Shown here one piece after another: positions 1 through 11,202 of a stretch of 64,000 nucleotides of DNA; the stretch's first letter is position 1; the number at the start of each line of letters is the position of its first letter. The stretch comes from the human T2T-CHM13v2.0 reference genome, Homo sapiens, in NCBI RefSeq assembly GCF_009914755.1, contig NC_060926.1; one strand, given 5' to 3'. The notes below the pieces were generated by a model. The model did not search any database, was not told the origin of the DNA, and worked only from the letters and a program-made list of their open reading frames with translations. The position numbers and the translations under genes are program-made.

Positions 1-167
1 TGGAGAGGGACTCCCCCTGCCCTTATCGGCGCTCTGTCTCAAGGGGGAAGTTCCACGATGGGGAAATCCGAGTGCTTCCCTGTGTATGCACATGGGAGCC
101 ACCTGACTTCGTTTCTGGTGGTGCTATGTCCTGCTTTTTTGTGAAACCCCACCTCTCTTTTCCACAG

Positions 168-300
168 GTTTGGTTCCGTGGCTCCAGATGGACAGTACCA
201 TTCGCCTATTAGGAACAAGAGTGCAAGATTCAATGCCATGCTGGCAGCACTGACCCCTTCGAGATTAGCTGTGGCTTTCCAAGCTATGGGTGCCATGAAG
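168..300 (+). CDS. ACOXL: Internal coding exon of acyl-CoA oxidase-like protein (probably exon 9), 133 nt, phase 2 to phase 0
   Basis: Polypyrimidine tract plus acceptor ctctcttttccacag|g at 166-167 and donor aag|gtaatt at 301. It translates (K)[44 protein letters not shown], which matches the ACOXL protein as I recall it and the acyl-CoA oxidase fold. The exon number is from memory. Confidence 0.95.
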
Positions 301-2074
301 GTAATTGACTCTGATTTTAACTTAATTATCTACTGTGAATTCTCTCACGACTCAGGGATGAGTAACAATTCCAGGAGCTGAGCTTCTGGAGCCACAGTTG
401 GTATAATATGGCCAGGGTTCCCGGTTAGATGCTGGGGAGTGCCAGGTGGCCATCCACAGGGAACTTTTCTCCACCCTTCTTAAGAGGGGCTCCCACCCAT
501 CTACATCCCAGATGTGTGCTGCTAATCGTGGGGGTGGAGCACAGGCATTGTGGTAAGAGAGCCAGGAGAGATGACCAGGGAGAACGGGATGTTCAGAGCA
601 AACACATCTGCTGGAGAAGCAGCTAAGGGTTGGCCCATGTGGGCAAAGGTCGGCATGTCTTGGCTGAATTCACCTGGGAGTGTTGATCCTCATGTGTCTG
701 TATAGGGTGTAACGTTCTCCATCACAGTCTGGAGGCCATGAGACCAGACCTCCAGGAGCCATCTCTGCCTCCCTGCCCTGCCTCTCCCGTGTATTGGTTG
801 GACAGAGGAGCCTGGAGAGCAAAGCTCTGGAAGGGCCTCCTTCTCCCCAGGGCCCCAGTCTACTTTGTTCTCTGGGCCTTCTCTGTCTCTTTGCCTGAAG
901 GAAAAGCCTGCTTTAAACTCCACTGAGCTTGGTGAAGCTAGAAGAAAAATTAAGTCTCCCCAGGAATATACATCTGGGGCTTGAGTCCAGCTTTTCCATG
1001 AAGAAGGAATAAATTTCATTCCCTTGACTCCAGGCCTGACATCAGTCCGGAGTCGTCTGAATAGCAGGAAAGCCCTGCTTTACTTGCTTCGGGGTCGGCC
1101 ACGCTTCACAGATGGCCTGTCCTGACCCGGGCTTCCCCTTATGATGCTTCCTGTGAGGGGGCACAGCTGTGGCCATCAACACGCGTACGCGGCCTGGCCT
1201 CGTGCCCGCCCGTGCACCCCAGTTCCTGTGCTTGTTTTGTGGTGGTTCTTTCAGTGGGGCCGGGTGGGTGTTCAGGTCTGAAGTCCCAGGTCAGGAGGGG
1301 CTCAGGTCCCTTGGCTGAACTGTCTGATATTGAATGAGGCCCCAGAAAGCCTTGTGGTGAAGGCACCAGCACAGACAGCATCAGAGTGCCGAGGAAAACT
1401 GGTTCCTCAGGTCTGCAACAGAAGCCATTTCAGCCATCCTCAGGACTCCAGAGAGAGGCAAAAATAGAAAAGCCAGACGAGCCTAGGATTGCATGAAAGG
1501 GAAGATTGGTTAAACATCGGATGCAGGGTTAGCTGAAGCTGTGATAGCAGTCTCTGCACAATATCCCCTCTAATTGCAGTAGCCTGCAGACCATCCTGAC
1601 TCAGGGGCCCTCTGAGGAGAGTGCTGGGCGCATATAAAAAACGCAAGGTGGTCAGCGGCCAGGCAGGCTCCTGGGAAACCTTGCACTCTTGCTGGTTTTG
1701 ATGGGGTGATGATGTGTGAAGGACGTCCATGCCGCCAGCAGCCCTGCAGGCTCATTGGGGTCCACAGTGGGGTTGTGTGGGGCAAGGTGTGGGGTGGTGC
1801 AGACCAGACCAGGCAGAGGTGGGAGCCTTCCAGGAGGGCCTTGGTTTTAAATATCACCAGATCTGGAGCGGGGTGGGGGTGGTGTCCCAGGGAGAGGAGC
1901 CACAGTGGGTGATTCCTAAAAGGTTCCTGTTCTCCGTTCTACTGGATGTTATCATGGACCAGCCCCTGCCAGGCCCAGGAGGGTCTTGGGGGCCACATTC
2001 GCATCAGTTCCTTTATTGGTTGTCTCATGTGCAGACTTCATTCCCGGCAACACGGAGACGTGATCATGATCGTG

Positions 2075-2260
2075 GGCAGGAAAGCCCTGGGCTCAGCCCT
2101 CATCCTGCCCATGACCAGCACTGGGGCCGTGAACAGGCCATAGCGCTCTCTAGGGCTCAGTTTCTTCATGTGTGAAATGGGTCTTAGGATGGTGGTGAGC
2201 CATGAGTGAAGGGTGTGTGTGCAGCGCTGGCCCAGAGCGATGCTCCATAGCTGACAGCTG
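2075..2260 (+). mobile_element. MIR SINE fragment
   Basis: MIR core-like ctctagggctcagtttcttcatgtgtgaaatggg, followed by a (TTG)n/(CTG)n tract at about 2270-2308. Confidence 0.6.
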
Positions 2261-3199
2261 TTATTTGTGTGATGGTTGTTGTTGTTGTTTTTGTTGCTGC
2301 TGCTGCCGTTACTGGGAAGACAGGAGTTGGCTAAAGGAAAGGAAGACATGGGCATTCCCATGAAACAAATGCTGGGTACCCTCGCCTCCAAGTAACAAGG
2401 CAATGTGCAATGTTTTGCAGAGATGCATAGTGTCCTTTGAATTCCCAGGTGTCTGAAGCAAACCACAGTAACCCGGAGTTAGCACCTGCCCTGCCTATCC
2501 AGACCTTGCCAGGCAATGGGATTGTCAGGCAGTGGGAAGACCCCGCACAGAGCCAGCAGGGTCCAGGCACCCTGCCGGACAGTGACCCGGGCCGCTGTGA
2601 TCTCATCTCCAGCGTCTCTGGTGAGGATGATCTCACCGGCCCTCTTGGCAGCTCTTCCTCTCCTATGGCTCAAACACATGACATATGTTTTCCCGGCTGA
2701 AACCTAAGATGGTCCTTCTCCTTCTGCTCTTGCTGATGAGTGGAAAAATGGATCCGTTTCTCCTACGTGCGTTCCTTGTGTATTAAAAAACTGTCACCGC
2801 AGCTCCCCACAGTGACATTCACTCAAGGCTGAGCGTGCCCGGTCATTTTAAACTTTGCCCAAATGTCATATTTTTCATGGTTCTCTTTCATTTCCATGGC
2901 ATTCCTTGGAACTTTCAGGTTTTCTCTTAAAGCCTTGCCATATTGACCATCATCTAATTTGTGTCAGAAATGCCACACCAAATTAAGTGATTACCAAGAA
3001 CACGAGGAGAAGGAAGCAAATGTGTTTGGGAGGGGAGGGAGTGGGGGCTTGGGAGACCTCTGCAGCCTGTGCTGGGAGGCTGGGAAACCTTTTCAGAAGG
3101 AGGAAGCTGGGCACCTGAAAGAGTGAGAAGTGTAAATGAGGTCTGGCCCATTCTCTTGGGTTGATTTTGCGCAGAGGTAAATATTTTAGCTAAGACAAG

Positions 3200-3340
3200 C
3201 TCATCTTGTAAATTAGGTGCTGCACAGTAGCTAGGTCCTACCCCCAGGATGTGTGATTCTGCAGCTCTGGGGTGGGGTGGAGAGTCTGCATTTCTGGGTT
3301 CCCGGGTGACACTGCTGCCATGGGCTCTGCTCCTTGAGAC
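3200..3340. mobile_element. MER5-type (hAT-Charlie) remnant
   Basis: ccccaggatgtgtgattctgcagctctggggtggggtggagagtctgcatttct resembles the MER5A/B internal palindrome. Confidence 0.5.
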
Positions 3341-3729
3341 CCCTGCACAGAACACATGGATGTGGTTGTGAAATATCAGCACTGTCTCAGCCCCCTTGTC
3401 ACTCCCTGGGTCCCCAGGATCAAGGCCCAAGTTCTGTTTCTGTATCCAGGATCCTTCATGACTCCTCACTGTACCCCCTCTCTCCACTGGGCCTCTGTCC
3501 CTCTGGCCTCATTTCTGTCTCTCCCCTGTGCCACTGTGGGAGGGGGCTTACATGTGCTACCATCCAGCTGGGGATGCCCCCCTTTTGCATGGGTTGTTTT
3601 CATGTACATTTCAGAGCTTGTATGACTGTCCCTTCTTCAGAAAGGCCTCAGCCTGCATGTGGTTCCTCTGACACCTGTTCCCAAGGCACTGGACTCCCCA
3701 CTTGCAGCATGTATTACAACTCATGAGTG

Positions 3730-3900
3730 TAGCAACTCATGTGCAATAGGTGGGTTCTGTCTCCTTCACTAGCCTAAAAGCTCCACGCAGCTGGGGCCCT
3801 GCCAGCCTCATCCACTGCTGTGTGTTCAGCTTCACACACAGGGCTGGGCACATAGCAGACAAACAGCAAATAGGAGTGGAAAGAGTGAATGAGGTCTGAA
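3730..3900 (+). mobile_element. L2 3' end remnant
   Basis: cttcacacacagggctgggcacatagcagac...gagtgaatga is typical of the L2 3' terminus. Confidence 0.5.
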
Positions 3901-5344
3901 TCAGGATTCACATCCAAAGCCCCTGGCTTATCTCTTAGCAGAGGGAAGCCCTCAGTGCATGTTGGTTCTTGTGCTCCCACATACCAGCCCCCACTGCCGG
4001 GTCCATGTTGAGTGGGAAGGAGGATGTTGCTGCCTCTTTGATCTAACTCCACGTGGCCCTTCTGTCCAGAACCAGGAGTCTTCTTTCTTTCTTCCTCTCT
4101 GTCGCAGACACTGCTCCCCATAGTATGTGCTTCATGTGTACACACTCGTGCATTGTGCTGTAAGCAGGCACTGGGGTCGTGCTCACCTACACTTGGCAGT
4201 GTGGCCCTGGTGGTCTGGGAGTGTGCCCAGGGCTGGGGCTGCAGAGTCACATGCAGCAGCTGAGCTGCGGGGCTGCATGCTGAGTGCAACCAGCATTCTG
4301 GGCTGTTTTTTCAGGCACGTGGGTGCTGGGCGGCAGACAACTCAGCCAGTCCTGAGAGCCTGAACGATGATCTCCAAGTTGTACAGCGTGCCACATATGA
4401 GATGGGGGTAGCTTTTCCCAGCACCAGGAGCTTCAGGGAGAGCAAAGGGAAGAAACTGGCTTCAGGGGATTCTCAGAACCGGCGATAGACACACAATCTT
4501 TTCCTACGGTGTGCATTGTTGGGTATGAGTGAAGGGTCTCAGCAAGGCATGGGAGAGTCTCTCCCTGCTGTTGATGGGGGTTTGAAATGGGTTATTGCAT
4601 CCTTGAGTAACCCTTTTGTGACCTTCTGACTGCAAGGGTTCATGGAAGACTTGAGCAATGAAGAGGAGGTTGAGGGCATCTGAGTCCCCTTGAGAGCCAG
4701 CCAGGGTTGGTCAGTGGCCAGTGTGGGCCCTTCTCACCGCACATGGAGTGGTGGTGTGGCTCTGTGGGCCTGTGCTGTGTTAGGTGAGCACAGCAGGCTG
4801 CATGCTGCCACTGCTGTGAGGTCTTGCTTGGGATTGCCCCTTCACCCAAGCTCTTCCACAGCTCCAGAGAGGTCCTGATGTCGATGTCCTCACCAGGGTG
4901 TCTGGCTCCTGGTCATCCGGCTCTCCACCACTCAGCCTGTCTGGTTCAGCTACTGGCTGGGGCTGGGGCAGATCAGCAGGTGTCAGAGTGTCACATTCTA
5001 TCTGTCCTAATGGCCACAAACCAGGTGCCATGACACTTCCTCCTGAGCAGAAGGTTACTCAGCCTCCTCACATTAATAATCTCAATGTTTGTGGCTATTG
5101 CTGTAACACGATCAGGCCTTTGTCTGTTTTCTTTTTGCTTGGAGGTCATCTGCTTTTATTGTCTTCTGGAATCACTTTGTGTTCATCTATTCTTGTCACA
5201 GATTGATCTCATTTTGTATCATTACTAACACAATCTTTAATGGGCAGGGATTGTGTTTTTTTATTTAGTCCCTGCAAGGCCTAGTAGAGCCCTACATGTC
5301 ATGGAAATCGTTTTACTCTTCTAACCTTCCTTCCATGTATTGCC

Positions 5345-5605
5345 TATTCATCCACCCACCTGTTCAACCACCTGTCCGTCTGTGTCCATCCACCTATCCA
5401 CCCACTCACCCATTCACCCACCACCCATCCATCCACCCATCCATCATCCATTCATCATTCATCCATCATCTGTTCATCCATCCATCATTCATCATCCATG
5501 CATCATTCATCATCTGTTCATCCATCCATCATCCACCCATCCATCATCCATCCATCCATCCATCATCATTTATCCATCCAATAATCCATTCATCCCACCC
5601 ATCCC
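5345..5605. repeat. Degenerate (CCAT/TCAT)n simple repeat
   Basis: Directly visible tetranucleotide array. It is the source of the His/Pro/Ile/Ser-rich ORFs. Confidence 0.9.
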
Positions 5606-5667
5606 ACTACAAAGACTCTGAACACAAGAGTAATCAGCTCATGTATAATTTAGTAGTTAATGGGGAG

Positions 5668-6040
5668 TGTATTAGTCCATTCTCACACTGCTAATAAAGA
5701 CATACCTGACACTGGTTAATTTATAAAGAAAAGATGTTTAATTGACTCAAACTTCAGCATGGCTGGGGAGGCCTTAGGAAACTTACAGTCATGGCAGAAG
5801 GGAAGCAAACACGTCCTTCTCCACATGGCAGCAGCAAGGAGAAGTGCTCAGCAAAAGGGGGAAAAGCCCCCTTATAAAACCATCAGATTTCATGAGACTC
5901 ACCCACTATCACAAGAACAAGATGGGGGAAACTGCTCCAGTGATTTAATTATCTTCACCGGGTCCCTTCCATGACATGTGGAGATTATGGGAACTATGAT
6001 TCAAGATGAGATTTGGGGGGAACACAGCCAAAGCGTATCA
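5668..6040 (-). mobile_element. THE1 (ERVL-MaLR) solo LTR
   Basis: tgtattagtccattctcacactgctaataaagacatacc...cacagccaaagcgtatca with TG...CA ends and a 5-bp TSD GGGAG (5663-5667 and 6041-6045). Confidence 0.92.
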
Positions 6041-6632
6041 GGGAGTTATGGAATGTCCTAGAGAAAACCATTCGACTACCTGATGGACACCACACTTCAC
6101 AGAAACTCCTCAGGCAGGAGTGTTCAAGGAAAGGACAGAGGCATTCACCATTCTCAGAGCCTGTCCTTCCTTCAGCAGCAAAGGGCAGAGTAAGGAGTGT
6201 CTCTGTAGGTCTTGCACGGTGGGGGGTCAGTGTGGGGACTGAGTTGAATGGGGTTGGTGGGAACGGAAACCCTCTGATGTTGAGCACAGTGGGACCTCTG
6301 CCTCCGCAGACAGTGTGGCATAACAGAGGGTGATGGAAGGGGAGGCTATGGGCTCTTTAAAGTAATGTCCTGAAAATGTGTGGTGCTCACAGGAGTGTGT
6401 TTCCCTGATATTAATAAGGCAAAGCTGACCGATGCTCATTCTGTTGACACTTTTGTGATGTGGTGGCCTTACTCATCTGCTCAGATGGAACATGGTGTTG
6501 GGGAGTTGAAAGCACAGCTCATCTGCTGCAGTTTTATGCCTTTTCAGGCACGTTGTATGTGCTTGGAGGAGGTGGGGTCACATTGCTCATCCTGTTCTGC
6601 TCAGACTGACGTTATCCTTTTTGTTTTTTTTG

Positions 6633-6635
<3 letters not shown>

Positions 6636-6695
<60 letters not shown>
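6636..6695. repeat. (AC)~30 microsatellite
   Basis: Uninterrupted dinucleotide run. Confidence 0.98.
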
Positions 6696-6697
<2 letters not shown>

Positions 6698-6830
6698 GGG
6701 GAGGAGAGAAGCAGGACCTACTTGGTTGCTGGGGAAGTCCAGTGGGATGAAGGCTTTAGCCTGAGTGATCCTCAGAGAGGCCATCTGTGAAATACACAGA
6801 TTGTTTCCTGGTGTGGAGACTTCTTGGACT

Positions 6831-6847
6831 TGACCACCAGAGGGCAG
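6831..6847 (+). promoter_or_regulatory. CTCF motif (candidate binding site)
   Basis: TGA-CCACCAGAGGGCAG matches the core consensus CCASYAGRKGGCRS at every position. Occupancy cannot be determined from sequence. Confidence 0.6.
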
Positions 6848-7220
6848 AAAATACCAATAATGACTTGCAGGTTCTGTTTTCTTTGCGTTTATTTACTTTC
6901 GTATGTAAGAAGTGGGGAGGTTTTTGCTCTTGTCATCAGTTTATTTAGCTTCTCATCAGGCATCAGTGTTGATTTTTAAAAAGTGTCAACATAAGAAGAA
7001 GGATACATGAGCTGAGTAATTGTTGGACTCAAGACCAAGGTTGTAAATAGGATGTAGAGTTATTTTGACAACTCTTCAGGATATAATTTGACTCATAAAC
7101 CTCTTTAAAAACATATGTTTGCAGCATTTTGGATGGGTATAAAATGGTTAAATAATGTTTTTTGGTTTTCTATAGCAGTTGTTTACATATTTAACAACCG
7201 AAATTTAAACATTTGTCCTT

Positions 7221-7530
7221 TTTGTAACCTTTTATTTTAGGTTGGGGAGTACATGAGAAGGTTTGTTACATAGGTAAACTCATGTTATGGTGGTTTGTTG
7301 TACAGATTATTTCATCACCCAAGTATTAAGCCCAGTACCCAATAGTTACCTTTTCTGCTCCTCTCCCTCCTCCCCACTCCCTCCTCAAGTAGACCCCACT
7401 GTCTGTTGTTTCCTTCTTTGTGTTCATAAGTTCTCATCCTTTAGCTCCCACTATAGGTGAGAACATGCCGTATTTGGTTTTCTGTTTCTGTGTTAGTTTG
7501 CTGAGGATAATGGCCTCCAGCTCCATTCAT
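7221..7530 (-). mobile_element. 5'-truncated L1PA (older primate subfamily) 3' end
   Basis: Antisense L1PA 3'UTR (gtttgttacataggtaaac...tggcctccagctccatt), flanked by a 14-bp TSD aaacattt(g/c)tcctt (7207-7220 and 7531-7544). Confidence 0.88.
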
Positions 7531-8679
7531 AAACATTTCTCCTTAAAAGATACATCTACTGCCCTTTTCCTCAAAGACCGAAGAGCTAGAGAGAAGTGCA
7601 GCCAGAGATAGTAAGTAGCACAGGACATGTGTATCTGAAATGGATATTTGAAAGAATTTCCATTTTGAATTTGCTTCGATTCCACGAAGACGTGTTGTAC
7701 GCCTTCCTCTCAGCACTGTGAATCGTGCTAGGAGGTGACAGAGATGACCTGGAACAGGCGTGTGCCCTCTGGGGACTCATGGTGCATCCGGGTAGCTGAA
7801 ACACTTGGTGCTGTGTGGAGCCTCTGTGGTTACACTGGCAGGAGGGACATGTGGCAGCGGGTACTGAGAGTAACATGCCATACAGAGACAGTTGTGGGGT
7901 TTTTATGGTCAGAGTCCAGTACATGTCCTTTATAGAAGCTTTTCCAAATGAGGCCTCTAGGTCTCTGGCACAAAGACCTAGGAGCTGACATCCAGCCCTT
8001 CCCCAATGAGTAGAGTATCTGCGTCACATTCACAGATGGGCAGCCAGAAAGCTCTTGGTAGGGTAAGGAGTTTCTCTCTGCTACAGGAGAGGAAAGTCCT
8101 TGGGCATCTCTCCCCATTTGATGTGGCCCATGAATGTTAGATGTTTGTGGCTGTGACATTTCAAGGAACAGAACTCCCTTTAAGTAAGTCATCAGAGGCT
8201 ACACAGGCATTGTAGGAAACCCCAGCCTCCTCAAACCTTGGGTTGTGGCAGTGGCAGCTGTGAGGGGCAGTGTGATGCTGCCATAATTGTGACTGCTTCC
8301 CAGTGCTCCCAGCCAGGCCTCTGCTTGGGAGAGGCTTGCCTTCCTTGGCGCCAGCTGCCAGCTCATCTACTACCGGGAGAACGATGCCCAGGCTGCAGCT
8401 GTGAGGAGCTTCCCAGGCTTCACTCCATGGAAGTCCTTTTGGCCACCTCTGGGGAAAAGCATGACCTGTGCCACCTGGAAGGTCAGATATGGATGATTGA
8501 CAACTGGCCTGCTGTCCCTAGGAGCTTTTCCACCTGAAACTTGATAGTCCATGTAGCATAGATGCTTGTACAGGTTACTGTCCTTTTCCCTCACTCCACA
8601 GCTCATTGCTCCATTCCTTTGTTCTATCCTGTAGTAGATTCCCATAGAGAAAGGCAACAACAGCTCAAGCCACAGTCAA

Positions 8680-8855
8680 ATAGTAACTCACTTGTATTGA
8701 GTCCTTCCTGATCAGGGACAATTTTCTGAGCACCTCACATATAATTGTTTATTTCATCACCAGAGCAACCCTGTGAGCTGAGTGCTGTCCTGATTCCCAT
8801 TTTCCACATGAGGAACCTGAGATGTAGGAAGATGTAACAGTTTGCCCAGAGCTTT
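8680..8855 (-). mobile_element. MIR SINE
   Basis: caaccctgtgagctgagtgctgtcctgattcccatttccacatgaggaacctgag is the antisense MIR core. Confidence 0.7.
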
Positions 8856-9870
8856 CTGGGCCTTACACTCTGGTATTCCAGCACTGGGGTCCGGCCGTTA
8901 CCCAATGCTGGAGTGGCTTTGTAGTCCTCAAGACAGATGTTCTTGGGATAAACTCTGCTCACTGGCGTTCCTGGAACACTTTATGCATGGTTGGATTTGC
9001 CTTGGTTAACCAAACCAAACCAAATATTTAAAAAATTTGGTGTCCACGTTGAAAATGTGGACATTTCACTCAGACTGGGATTTGGTAGATGTTAAATAGT
9101 TAGTGGCTGGGCCAGAATCCAGGCCTCCTTCTCCACTGTGACCTGAGGCCTGGTTTAATTTTTAGTGGCACTGCCGACTTTGCCTCACAGCTGTGTGTCA
9201 CTGTGGTTCTGAGCTTTGTGTCCTGGGATCAGGAGTAAGAGGGGAAATGAGTTGATCCAGCCTTTTCATTGATGACTTTTTATGGGGAAAAGGGCCATTT
9301 AGAATGAACACTTATTAAGTGTGTCCAGTGGATTTTTTTTTTTTTAGCTTAGTTTAACGGAACAAGTTTGGATACCTTTGCCTACCATAATGAAATTTAG
9401 TAAGCCAAAAAAAGTTTACAATTCCTTAGATAAATTTTAAAAAGTGAACTGGGCCATTTAAATTTGCCACCACAAAACCCTTACAGGCTCTAAGAAGGGA
9501 AGCAAAATAATGGTTAGTAGAATATTTGTGGGTTATAACTTTATGTATTATTGTTATAAGTTTGTGTGTTATTAAGGCCAGGGCTACGAAGTATTGTTCA
9601 CTGTAGAACTACATAGTATATGAGGATCATATTTCTTCTCTAGAAGTCTAATGTCAAAATATCTTTACAATTTGAACAACAATATTCCTAGCATCAAGGT
9701 CAAATGGAATCACTTTTCTTATACTCTATAAATTACTCAGAATTGTATCATGTTTTTATTTGCTTGATATTTTGATAATTGTAACTTTTTAAGGTTTTTA
9801 GTTTGTCCTGGAATTTCTAATTGCCTTTGTTTTTTTTCTTGTTAGGAGAAGAAACATATGCCTTCATCAA

Positions 9871-10246
9871 TGTATTAGTTGGTTCTCATGTTGCTAATAA
9901 AGACATACCCGAGACTGGGTAATTTGTAAAGAAAGGTTTAATTAACTCACAGTTCTGCAGGGCTGGGGAGGCCTCAGAAAACTTACAATCATGGTGGAAG
10001 GGCGAGCAAATATGTCCTTCTTCATATGGTGGCAGCAAGGAGAAGTGCTGAGCAAAAGGGGTAAAAGCCCCTTATAAAACCATCAGATCTTGTGAGAACT
10101 CACTCACTATCATGAGAACAGCAACATGAGGGAAACTGCCCCCGTGATTCAATTACTTCCCAATGTGTCCCTCCTACAACACATGGAAATTATGGGAACT
10201 ATAATTCAAGATGAGATTTGGGTGGAAACACAGCCAAACCATGTCA
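9871..10246 (-). mobile_element. THE1 (ERVL-MaLR) solo LTR, second copy
   Basis: tgtattagttggttctcatgttgctaataaagacataccc...cacagccaaaccatgtca, with TSD atcaa/atcac. Confidence 0.92.
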
Positions 10247-10869
10247 ATCACTATAGTAGTAATATCTTCAAGCTTCTTGATCATTTTGTCTATTGTATGA
10301 AATCTATTTCATATTCTCCTTTGTTAATTTGTATTTTATTAATTTGGCCTCTATCTGATGCTTGTTGGTTTATTTCTCAATTTGTACAAAATCCAAGTGA
10401 GGTGCCTTGAAAACTTCAATACAGGGACCTTAGAAGGAGGGGATGTTTTTCATATTTAAAATGTATGTGCTGCCATGTCTGTAATAAGGAGCAAAGTCCC
10501 CTGCTTCTGTGAAGATATGTGGCTTTTCCAGATTATTACATGGTTTGCAGTGGGGAGAATGTTGCCTGCATCGTAGGGACTTCCCTCTGGATCAAGCTTG
10601 ATCTGAGTTTGGAGAGGCAGGAACCGAAGGAGGTAAACTGAGGAGCAGGCATTCTCTGCCTACAAGGTTGGCCCTGAGTGGGGTGCCCAAGGGCTTCTGT
10701 GGAACTATATTTATTTGCCACTCAGCAAACTCAGGGGTAAGAAAGTCTTGCTTGGGGTGCCTCACCTGCAAGGCTGGTCACTAGGAATGTCAAGTCCAAG
10801 AGGACAGAACCTGTGTCTTCTTGGTCACCTCTGGATGAACAGGACCTGGTACTTAGTAAGCACTCAGTG

Positions 10870-11202
10870 AATGGACAGATGGATGATGGGTGAGTGGATG
10901 AATGGATGGAAAAATGCATGTATAGATGGATGAATAGATAGATTAATTGATGGATGGAGGGATGGATGGGTAGATGAATAGATGGATGAATGGATAGATG
11001 GGTGGGTAGATGAATGGATGGGTGGGTGGATGGATGAATGGATGGATAGACAGATGTATAAATGGATGCATGGATGGACGGATGGATGGATAGATGGATG
11101 AATGGATGGGTAGATGGATAAATGATGGATGGATGGATGGATGGATGGATGAATGGATGGATGAATGGATGTGTGGGTGGATGGATAGAGAGATAGATGA
11201 AT
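10870..11202. repeat. Degenerate (GGAT/GAAT)n simple repeat, probably an expanded L2 tail
   Basis: Visible array immediately downstream of an L2 3'-like segment (about 10760-10870, cctggtacttagtaagcactcagtgaat). Confidence 0.9.

Noticed and set aside
178-381. 67-aa ORF as a standalone gene
   Set aside because: It is the ACOXL exon frame read from a GTG and running past the donor at 301 into the intron.
5668-10246. Two same-orientation THE1 LTRs as one provirus
   Set aside because: Each LTR has its own TSD (GGGAG; ATCAA/ATCAC), and the intervening DNA holds MIR, L1 and unique sequence rather than THE1 internal sequence.
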